Part shown: piece by piece, positions 15,201-22,512 of the stretch
Position numbering within the stretch: the first letter of the stretch is position 1
Layout of the letters: every line of letters starts with the position of its first letter
From: Acidilobaceae archaeon UBA158
Lineage (GTDB): Archaea; Thermoproteota; Thermoprotei_A; Sulfolobales; Acidilobaceae
DNA: 42,392 bases
NCBI GenBank assembly: GCA_002506595.1
Contig: DAXV01000006.1
Span: forward strand, 17,600-59,991
Reading direction: 5' to 3'
The notes under the pieces: model-generated
Told to the model about the DNA's origin: nothing
The model's input: the letters and a program-made list of their open reading frames with translations, nothing else
Databases searched by the model: none
Program-made: the position numbers and the translations under genes

Positions 15201-15746
15201 AAGATCCTCTTGCGCAACAATAACTCTTTCGCTACCATTTATGATAAAATATCCACCAGGATCATAAGGATCTTCTCCTATATTAATAAGCTCATCTTCT
15301 TTATATTTAGATATAGGGTCTATTACTGATTTTACCATGATTGGAAAGTCAGCTATTTTTAGCTCTTCTCTTTCTATCTCATTTCCATTTTCAATGAGTG
15401 CCATTTCTAAGTATAATGGTGCAGAGTATGTTAAGTTTCTTATTCTCGCTTCTGTTGGAGTTATTTGATGTGTAAATCCATCAGCTTCTTTAATTTGAGG
15501 ATCCAATATTCTAATCCTACCTAACACGACTCTTATATCAGGCCCTTCTTCACCCATTTCACTTTTCTTAACTTGTTTAAATGCAGGTCTTATTTCTCCA
15601 TAAGAATCTATAATTTTTTGCAATCTCTCTTTAACAAATGAATTAAATGAATCTAGATGTTGCCTAGACAAACCATTTTCATGAAGATACTGCTTAAATA
15701 AAGACCATAAATCGTCCGTATTTAACTTAGACTCTTCAATAGACAA
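12219..15746 (-). CDS. rpoB: RNA polymerase subunit B (Rpo2), unsplit
   Basis: GGYFIINGSERV, CPFETPEG, GDKFASRHGQKG, GGLRFGEMERD and C-terminal zinc ribbon CNLC...CPIH. Confidence 0.99.
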   Translation of the reverse strand: MSIEESKLNTDDLWSLFKQYLHENGLSRQHLDSFNSFVKERLQKIIDSYGEIRPAFKQVKKSEMGEEGPDIRVVLGRIRILDPQIKEADGFTHQITPTEARIRNLTYSAPLYLEMALIENGNEIEREELKIADFPIMVKSVIDPISKYKEDELINIGEDPYDPGGYFIINGSERVIVAQEDLAVNRIIVGLSTANTAKITHTAKVVSTVLGLRRQVIVDRMNDGTLELSMSRLGYRIPFVVMMKALGLEKDAEIAASVSFDPDVQRELLPSFEKVAFTIKTTEDALEYIGNRLAPGQPREIRIARAEDFIDNQFLPHLGSKPEDRKKKAYFLGEMANRVLQLYLNKRGEDDKDHYSNKRLRLAGDLIAEIFRDAFQQFVNTVSSQLEEYISQRKKLRLRFLVRSDIITERLRAALATGNWTQNRTGVSQALDRTNWISLLSHLRRVISPLSRGQTHFEARDLHGTHWGRLCPFETPEGINCGLVKNLALMTYISVGVDEQEVERLLRNQGVILMDDIIKMSSEDNNSIANLVNNGAKVFLNGSPIGYVENGEELVKKLRAMRRKGELSFELGISLIKGENSNEVYINTDEGRLLRPLIVVDNGEPKLTKEIINKVKSGELSFWNLVRMGIIEFIDPDEEENAYVAERIEDINKDTTHLELWVAGIFGVAASTIPFLEHNQSPRNTYQSAMAKQALGIYALNYNLRMDSHGYLLHYPQKPIVQTRHLEEMGYNQRPSGQNFIVAFMSFTGYNIEDAIIFNKTSIDMGLGRAHFFRVYAATENDYPGGLSDRITVPSPKLYDHKGDQYYTKLGPDGIVEPEAEVVGGDVLVGRESPPRFIGEERVIGPGVLSKRDTSVQLRYGESGVVDTVIISQTSERNKLVKVKVRDLRIPELGDKFASRHGQKGVVGMLFPRYDMPYTEDGITPDIIVNPHGIPSRMTVGQLLELVSAKAGALLGRYVDGTPFYKEDINNLQLVLVKKGFDPNSKEVMYDGRTGRLIENTITIGIAFYQRLYHMVSDKMHARATGKVQLLTRQPTEGKARQGGLRFGEMERDCLVGYGATMMLRDRMLENSDLYVMHVCNLCGHIAWYNSKRGVYECPIHGDSGDIRPIKVPYAFKLFLQEIISMGVKPEIKVSDKISVMKKITGELELQGNNSSKSDENSDNKIKENVENGGA

Positions 15747-15760
15747 AAACTGGCACCTCT

Positions 15761-16015
15761 TTAATAAGAAACAACAACCCTATATGCTTTATATTTACCT
15801 GCTGTTGGTGAATCTCTTTCTATTTCTATTATATCTCCTGGCTTTCCTCCTAAAATCTTAACTACAGGATCATTAATACTAATACGCGGTAATTGCCATG
15901 GCTTAATTCCTAACGACTTTAAAACCTCAACAGATTCCTCTAATGATAATATTCTATGTTTTGGAACTAAATAATGACCTAATATTTTATCTTCTTCCCT
16001 TAATTTTGAAGGCAA
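15761..16015 (-). CDS. rpoH: RNA polymerase subunit H (Rpo5)
   Basis: [21 protein letters not shown] and IERDSPTAG. Confidence 0.98.
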   Translation of the reverse strand: MPSKLREEDKILGHYLVPKHRILSLEESVEVLKSLGIKPWQLPRISINDPVVKILGGKPGDIIEIERDSPTAGKYKAYRVVVSY

Positions 16016-16113
16016 ATTTCTATGCCACCTCTCTACTGCAAAAAGTAAAGTTAGAGCCCGGGCTTATTAGTATTATCTTAAAAGGAATTGAGTTGTGGAG
16101 CCCATTATGGGTG

Positions 16114-16225
<112 letters not shown>

Positions 16226-16314
16226 TCCGCTATATTTGTTTCTTGTCTTGGGATTAAAAACACTACTGCAATAAAATCAAAAAGAAATAAATTAATATTC
16301 CTTTATTTAAAAGT

Positions 16315-16755
16315 TTATTGAGATTTCTTAGATCTAGCACAAGCACCTAATCCTTTGGCTATATCGATAAGTATTCCTAAGCCTTGAGCAACATCAGGAT
16401 CTCCTAAAGCTCTCATTAAACCAAGCAAACCTAGTTTTCTTTCTTTTGAAACATCTATATTTCCTAAAGCATTAAATGCACAACTTGTTAAATCTTCCAT
16501 AGCCATCTTAGCTTTTGCATATTGTGTACCGTCAACTTTTTCAATACCTCTCCCCAATGTTGCCAATAAGCCTGCTAATCTCATCAAAACCGGATCATCA
16601 GCAACTGTTAAGAATGTATCGTCTGACTTTTCTGCTAAATAATTTAACAAACCTAGAAGACCGCTCTTTTTAAGAGCTGATATTGAATTTAATAATTGGC
16701 CAATTGTTTGAGCCTGTACTTCAGGAGAAATTTCCTCAACATTATTTTCTGCCAT
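16315..16755 (-). CDS. DUF1641 family helical protein
   Basis: LKKSGLLGLL near the N-terminus and the C-terminal signature KLGLLGLMRALGDPDVAQGLGILIDIAKGLG. Confidence 0.88.
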   Translation of the reverse strand: MAENNVEEISPEVQAQTIGQLLNSISALKKSGLLGLLNYLAEKSDDTFLTVADDPVLMRLAGLLATLGRGIEKVDGTQYAKAKMAMEDLTSCAFNALGNIDVSKERKLGLLGLMRALGDPDVAQGLGILIDIAKGLGACARSKKSQ

Positions 16756-16766
16756 CTTTTCTCACC

Positions 16767-17948
16767 TCAGAATTTTAATGAGTCTATCCAACCTCCATAA
16801 AAGCCTTGCTTTAATAATCTTCCAACAGTGTATTTACCTACAAAATAGCACTTTGGTACATACATACCTTTTTGCTCATCAAACGGAGTTTCACAAGTAC
16901 CAAGCCATCCTCTTTCTCCGGCATAACCAACACACGTTACTGGACTATATGGCTGTGCTGGAGCAAATCCAGTTAAATCAGCAATTATGTTTCCTGTTGC
17001 AGTTATAGCCATAGATTCCACGAATACTCCAGCCAATCCAATTCCTATAGTTGGTAAGCTATGCTCTCCTGCCATATAAACATCATCATATTGTGGATGC
17101 CTCATGGTTCTCGGCATAGCTGGAGACCATCTAGGATCTTGTTTAAATACAAAGCCTTCACTGTTTTCTAATGCCTTTGGTAATCTTGCTGGAGGTACCT
17201 TAACTAATAAGTCGTATTTGAATTCGCCTGAACTTGTAACAACTGTTTTCTTTTGCACATCAACTTCTCTTAGCTTTGCATTAGGTACATATTCTACTCC
17301 ATATTCATCTAAAGTTTCCTTTAAAAACCTTGATATTTCAGGACCTAATCCTCCATTTGGAACTGGCATTATAGGTGCTGGTATTGGATCTAACAAAGTA
17401 ACTTTAACTTTCTTACCTCTTTGTTTCATATATAAGGAAAGCATAGGCGCAGCTTCATATGGATATATTCCACATCTATATGGAAATTCCGGAACCAATA
17501 ATACTATATTTGAACCATCTTTTACTTGACTTAATGCCTTTCTCATTTCTAATGCTCCTTCTAATGTGAAGTTATGTACTCCATCTTTATCTAAACCTGG
17601 ATACGCATTCCATCCTTGATCTGTACCTAATGATACAATCAAATAATCGTACTGATATTTACCTTTTGCACCTATAACTGTTCTATTAGCTGCATCTATT
17701 TTAGTAATTTCATCAACTGCAGTTTTAATTCCATATTTTTCCATGTTAACTATCGGTGCTCTAGTATCTTCAGGCTCTCCATAATTAAATGCAACGTCAA
17801 AGAATAAAGGAGGCATATAATGAAATCCATCTTTGTTTACAACTAGTACTTCAGCATCTATATTTTTCTTTTTAATTTGTTCCGTCAATCTTTTTGCTGA
17901 GATATAACCGCCTATTCCACCGCCAGCAATAACAATTTTTTTAGTCAA
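16767..17948 (-). CDS. FAD-dependent sulfide oxidoreductase, SQR/FCSD family (copy 2)
   Basis: Rossmann motif IVIAGGGIGG, YDYLIVSLG, Cys motif PYRCGIYPYE, VYMAGE, LAGVF and distal Cys PVTCVG. Confidence 0.85.
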   Translation of the reverse strand: MTKKIVIAGGGIGGYISAKRLTEQIKKKNIDAEVLVVNKDGFHYMPPLFFDVAFNYGEPEDTRAPIVNMEKYGIKTAVDEITKIDAANRTVIGAKGKYQYDYLIVSLGTDQGWNAYPGLDKDGVHNFTLEGALEMRKALSQVKDGSNIVLLVPEFPYRCGIYPYEAAPMLSLYMKQRGKKVKVTLLDPIPAPIMPVPNGGLGPEISRFLKETLDEYGVEYVPNAKLREVDVQKKTVVTSSGEFKYDLLVKVPPARLPKALENSEGFVFKQDPRWSPAMPRTMRHPQYDDVYMAGEHSLPTIGIGLAGVFVESMAITATGNIIADLTGFAPAQPYSPVTCVGYAGERGWLGTCETPFDEQKGMYVPKCYFVGKYTVGRLLKQGFYGGWIDSLKF

Positions 17949-18075
17949 GACTATTCACCAATCCTATTTAATTATCATTTAATAGATTTTAAAAATCTTT
18001 CTAATGAGATGTATTATATTTAGAGAAAAGAAGTTAATAAAAATTATTAATTAATATTAACAAATAAAAGATTTG

Positions 18076-18486
18076 TTATGAACCTAAGACTTTTAATAAA
18101 TTTAGCATCAAGCTTAAACCTTTAGATACTTCAGGTTGTGATAAAGAAGTTATTAATCCTGATAGGGACATTGGTTTAGCTTCTTCTTTTTTCTTCATAA
18201 CTGATAAAGAATCTCCCATTTTATTTAATATTTCTTTATCTAATGATTCCAATAAACCTAACAAAAGATCTAATTTTTCTAAATTTTCTTGTCTTGTTAA
18301 TTTTTCAATTAATTTAATTAGTTGAGGTAATCTATCTATTACTAAAAACGTTTCTTCGCTTACTAAGAGATTTGATATCGCCTTTAATAATTCCTCATCT
18401 TTTAAGATGTTATTTAACAATTCAACAAGATTAAGAAGTCTTTCAATGCTTTCTGATTGAAGTTCAGCCTCATTTATTTCTTCCAT
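18076..18486 (-). CDS. DUF1641 family helical protein
   Basis: C-terminal KPMSLSGLITSLSQPEVSKGLSLMLNLLKVLG. Start moved to ATG 18486 after a GGTGA SD. Confidence 0.85.
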   Translation of the reverse strand: MEEINEAELQSESIERLLNLVELLNNILKDEELLKAISNLLVSEETFLVIDRLPQLIKLIEKLTRQENLEKLDLLLGLLESLDKEILNKMGDSLSVMKKKEEAKPMSLSGLITSLSQPEVSKGLSLMLNLLKVLGS

Positions 18487-18496
18487 AATAATCACC

Positions 18497-19684
18497 TTAT
18501 TTAAATATCCTCCACAAAACTTCAGGCTCTGTTCTTTCAAAATAAACATCAAATATTGGATCCCAGAATTCTGGATGTTTTATAACATCCCAATATACAT
18601 CCGCAAACAATCTTTTCATAATAAAGTTAATTGTATTTGCTGGAACTTTTACTGCAGGATGATTATAATCACTTATAACAAATGTACCTTTTTGAAAACC
18701 TATTTCTGTTGGACAATTTGTTCTACCAGTATTTTTAGCATCTAAGCCTAAGACTCTCTTGGCAACTACTTTAGCTTGTAAATGGGCCGTGACGCCAGTT
18801 TTAGCATTTGTTGACGTTGATGCATCCCCTATCGCAAAAGCATCATCATAACTTAATATTTGATTTGTTAGTTTATCTGCATTTATAAAACCATCCTGGT
18901 TTACAGAATCTTCAGGCTTAATCTCTATTTTAGGCCCTTTATGAACTGGGACAACAATAGCTGCATCATAACTTAGTTCTTCTCCTTCAAGAGAAGTAAT
19001 CTTTTTATTATCTGTATCTATCTTATCTGCAGTGAAAAATGTCATAACATTTATACCTCTTTCCTTTAATATGGGTTCTAAAACTTCGTTAAATGTTTCA
19101 GCGGGATAAGCCCTTGGATAAGGAACTGCTAATACCATGTTTATATTTTCTCTAACTCCTCTTAATCTAAAAACTTCATCTGCGAGCAAAATACCTTCAT
19201 AAGGAGATGGAGGACATCTATGATAAGGATCTCCTACTGATATCACAAACGTTCCTTTTTTCATGCTATTCACAATATTAAACACCTTTGAAGCATTTTC
19301 AGGAGTAGAGTGAAAATCGCCAAATTGATTAACTAGTTTTTCATTACCTTCAATTGATTTATGATCTATTGTAACTCCAGGAGCAATAGCTATATAGTCA
19401 TAACTTAATTTTTTATTTGTGCTTAAAGTAATGCTTCTTTCTTGTAAGTCTATCTTCTTAACACTATCAATGATTAAATTAACTCCTTTAACTAAAAGCG
19501 AGCTTAATGGCCTATATAAATTGGAATAATCATTTCTAAATGCTATTTGTAAAAGTTGAGGCCAATAATAATGATTAGGAGAGTCATTTATTACTGTTAC
19601 ATCAAACTCTTTAGCTAAAGAATTAGCTAAGATTGCCCCTCCAGAACCACCACCTACTATTAAAAATTTCTCTTTTTCAATCAT
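18497..19684 (-). CDS. sqr: Sulfide:quinone oxidoreductase-like flavoprotein (copy 1)
   Basis: LIVGGGSGG, YDYIAIAPG, PYHRCPPSPYE, FAIGDA, AKTGVTAHLQA and GRTNCP, i.e. two-Cys SQR-type motifs. Confidence 0.87.
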   Translation of the reverse strand: MIEKEKFLIVGGGSGGAILANSLAKEFDVTVINDSPNHYYWPQLLQIAFRNDYSNLYRPLSSLLVKGVNLIIDSVKKIDLQERSITLSTNKKLSYDYIAIAPGVTIDHKSIEGNEKLVNQFGDFHSTPENASKVFNIVNSMKKGTFVISVGDPYHRCPPSPYEGILLADEVFRLRGVRENINMVLAVPYPRAYPAETFNEVLEPILKERGINVMTFFTADKIDTDNKKITSLEGEELSYDAAIVVPVHKGPKIEIKPEDSVNQDGFINADKLTNQILSYDDAFAIGDASTSTNAKTGVTAHLQAKVVAKRVLGLDAKNTGRTNCPTEIGFQKGTFVISDYNHPAVKVPANTINFIMKRLFADVYWDVIKHPEFWDPIFDVYFERTEPEVLWRIFK

Positions 19685-19709
19685 TTTAATCAATCCTCTA
19701 AGAAAAAAA

Positions 19710-19952
19710 TTATTTTTTTGCTGTAATTTTAATCACAGCGATTATCTTATCTTTATCTTCTTTTAAATCTACCAGCTCGTTCTTTGTTCTTTCTATCCAT
19801 GCTTTAATATCACTCTTAAATCCGGGATCTGTGGCCCAAATTTCTAATACGTCACCATTTTTTGCATTTCTATATGCTTTAGTTAAATTTGTTATAGGAC
19901 CTGGACAAGATAAACCCCTTGCATCTATTACCTTTTTTTCTTTTTCACTCAT
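19710..19952 (-). CDS. tusA: Sulfur carrier TusA/SirA family protein
   Basis: IDARGLSCPGP (CPxP) and ATDPGFKSDIKAW. ATG 19952 follows a GGTGA SD. Confidence 0.95.
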   Translation of the reverse strand: MSEKEKKVIDARGLSCPGPITNLTKAYRNAKNGDVLEIWATDPGFKSDIKAWIERTKNELVDLKEDKDKIIAVIKITAKK

Positions 19953-19962
19953 ATTTTTCACC

Positions 19963-20367
19963 TCAAATAAATAACGTCTGACCCCCTTCAGAATTCTGTA
20001 AAAATGTTGCTACACCAACAACATCATCTACCAATTCATTAAAGTCTTCCTTCTTTAATCCCATAACAGATGCCATTAGACTGCATGCATATATCTTTAC
20101 TCCCATTGATTTTGCTTCTTTTAGCATATCAACCCATGATGGAGCATTATTTTTCTTCATACCTTCCATTAATAATGGAACCATGTTTTCGAATTCTTTC
20201 GGCCAAACAGGACTTGCAGGTTTTTTAGTAAATTTAGTTAAGGCCCATCCAGTAACAAATATTTGGACGTCCATTCCCATAGCTGCAGCTCCTTGAGCAA
20301 TTACTCCAACAGGTATAAGTTTATCATCTGTTCCAGAATATACAATAATAGATAGTTTAGACATCAT
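19963..20367 (-). CDS. dsrE: DsrE/DsrF-like sulfurtransferase (soluble)
   Basis: KLSIIVYSG, GAAAMGMDVQIFVTGW, conserved Cys in KIYACSLMASVMG and VGVATFL. Confidence 0.92.
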   Translation of the reverse strand: MMSKLSIIVYSGTDDKLIPVGVIAQGAAAMGMDVQIFVTGWALTKFTKKPASPVWPKEFENMVPLLMEGMKKNNAPSWVDMLKEAKSMGVKIYACSLMASVMGLKKEDFNELVDDVVGVATFLQNSEGGQTLFI

Positions 20368-20449
20368 ACCACCTCTTCCACTTATTTTTTCTTTTTAGAG
20401 AATTTTATTTCTTAATATATGCTGTATCTATACGAATAGAATATTAGTG

Positions 20450-20473
20450 CTTATATAGTAATCTCTATATAAG
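20450..20473. promoter_or_regulatory. Perfect 9-6-9 inverted repeat in the divergent dsrE / 20531 intergenic region (candidate operator or back-to-back TATA boxes)
   Basis: CTTATATAG-taatct-CTATATAAG read directly from the sequence. Function is inferred. Confidence 0.5.
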
Positions 20474-20530
20474 AAATTATCATTTTATTAATATAAATTT
20501 AAATATTCCAAAGTATAAAATACTATATAG

Positions 20531-20977
20531 GTGTTAAACGAGCTTATGGATCAATTCCCACTAGTTTATGTTGACCAAGTAATTGGGTTGGTAAAGTATT
20601 TGAATTCCATTGGCGGAAAAGTTGATTCATCAAGATTAGATGAAATGTTAGATGTAGATATTGATTTATTACCCCATGTTATAAAAGCAGCTGAAATAAT
20701 TGGATTAGTAAAGCAATCAAATGGAGACTTAATTATTACAGAAAACGGTAAAAAAATTGAAGAAGCGGAAAATAAAGATATGAGAATAATTATGAAAAAA
20801 TTAATTAAGAATGTAGAACCATTTAAGGAAATAATATCTAATGCGAAGAGGAATCAGATTAATGTAGAAAAACTAACAGAGATATTAGAAAAAAATGGCT
20901 ATAATAATATTGATGAAGCTATTAATATTATAACACAATGGTTAGCCCTAATCGGAATAAATGTAATACTAGAATAA
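20531..20977 (+). CDS. Stand-alone AAA-associated (winged-helix) domain protein
   Basis: LDVDIDLLPHVIKAAEIIGLVKQSNGDLIITENGKK and TQW resemble the C-terminal domain of NitT/TauT-type ABC ATPases. No Walker motifs. Confidence 0.7.
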   Translation: MLNELMDQFPLVYVDQVIGLVKYLNSIGGKVDSSRLDEMLDVDIDLLPHVIKAAEIIGLVKQSNGDLIITENGKKIEEAENKDMRIIMKKLIKNVEPFKEIISNAKRNQINVEKLTEILEKNGYNNIDEAINIITQWLALIGINVILE

Positions 20978-21004
20978 ATTTAAAATAAGAAAACAAATAA
21001 AGAT

Positions 21005-21364
21005 TTAGATTAAGTCCTTTTCTTGTGATTCTTGTAATTTTTCTGGAGTTATAACCATAACCATTTTATTTACCATTAATTCTACTATCTTTTTTATTCC
21101 TCTTTGGCCAGGAGAATATTTTGACCTGACAATATCTACTTCTTCAAGCCTCCTTATTTGGCTACTTACATTTGCTTTGCTTTGATTTACTAAATTTGCT
21201 AGATCCTCTAAATCTGCAGGTCCTTTTTGCAATATTGCTAATATTTTTGCTCTTGTATCACTAGCTAATGCAGACGAAACTTTAGCTATAGCCTTAGGAC
21301 CTATTACATACAATACTTTATCTCTTTCATAAATACCTTCCTTTGTAGGTATATTTTCTGACAT
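21005..21364 (-). CDS. ArsR-family winged HTH transcriptional regulator
   Basis: ALASDTRAKIL...DLANLVNQSKANVSSQIRRLEEVDIVRSKYSPGQRGIKKI. Confidence 0.9.
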   Translation of the reverse strand: MSENIPTKEGIYERDKVLYVIGPKAIAKVSSALASDTRAKILAILQKGPADLEDLANLVNQSKANVSSQIRRLEEVDIVRSKYSPGQRGIKKIVELMVNKMVMVITPEKLQESQEKDLI

Positions 21365-21618
21365 ATCATTTCACTCCTTTTTCTTACTTATCTCTACGGT
21401 CTATACCTATGTAATACTGGGTTAATATTTTTTTGTATCCAATACATTTATTAGATTATTAATTTTATTTTTTTAAAAACTTCTTATCTATCTATTTAAA
21501 TTATATTTATAAATATTTCCCACTTAAAGATAATAAATAATACTATGTTATTAAATTATAACAAATTTAAATTTAGACAAAAAGACTATAATATTGAGCA
21601 ACAAAAAAGTGATAAAAA

Positions 21619-22512
21619 TTGGGTTTATCATTAAAAGAAAAATATTATCAGATGAATAATAATGATTTTAAGACATTATTCATAATAGAAAAACTCATGC
21701 ATAACTATGGTTTCGTTCCATTAGAAGTCATAGAAAATAAATCCTCTATAAATCAAAATCAAGTCAAAAAGTCGATTGAAAAGCTTCTTGACTTAGGATT
21801 AATTATATCTGAAACTTCCCCTTTCTATGGTTATCAGTTAACCTTTAATGGATTAGATATTTTAGCTCTAAGATTTTACTTTAATAAAAAGATAATTATT
21901 GATATAGGGGATAAAATAAATTCAGGAAAGGAAAGTGATATATATAATGCCAAGTTAATTTCTGAGAAAGATGCAATTATAAAATTTCATAAAGAAGGAA
22001 GGACATCATTTAAGGCAATTAAAAGGAAAAGATCGTTTGAATTTAAAAAGTGGAACTCTTGGATCGAGTTATCTAAAAAAATAGCAAATAGAGAGTTTTC
22101 AATATTAACTAATCTATGGAAAAGAGGTGCATTAGTTCCGGAACCTATATATAATAATAGGCATTCAATAATAATGGAAAAAATAGATGGAGTAGAATTA
22201 TATAAAATTAAAGAATTAAGCGAAGAAATGCTAAAAAACATAATAAATGATGTTATAGTTACATTAAAAATTGCATATAAAGAAATAGGCATAATACATG
22301 GGGATCTAAGCCCTTATAACATATTAGTAAGTAATGGCCAAAATTCCAGAGGGTATATAATTGATTGGCCACAATTTATTGATGCTAAAGATAAAAATGC
22401 AGATTTAATTTTAAAAAAAGAACTAGAATATTTAGCCTCTTATTTTTACAAAAGATTTGAGATAGAAGTAAGCGTTGAGGAATTAATAAATTCCATAAAA
22501 GGGGGGAATTGA
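21619..22512 (+). CDS. rio2: RIO2 family Ser/Thr kinase
   Basis: N-terminal winged helix (YGFVPLE...GYQLTFNGLDILAL), GKESDIY, HGDLSPYNIL and IDWPQ. Confidence 0.93.
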   Translation: MGLSLKEKYYQMNNNDFKTLFIIEKLMHNYGFVPLEVIENKSSINQNQVKKSIEKLLDLGLIISETSPFYGYQLTFNGLDILALRFYFNKKIIIDIGDKINSGKESDIYNAKLISEKDAIIKFHKEGRTSFKAIKRKRSFEFKKWNSWIELSKKIANREFSILTNLWKRGALVPEPIYNNRHSIIMEKIDGVELYKIKELSEEMLKNIINDVIVTLKIAYKEIGIIHGDLSPYNILVSNGQNSRGYIIDWPQFIDAKDKNADLILKKELEYLASYFYKRFEIEVSVEELINSIKGGN

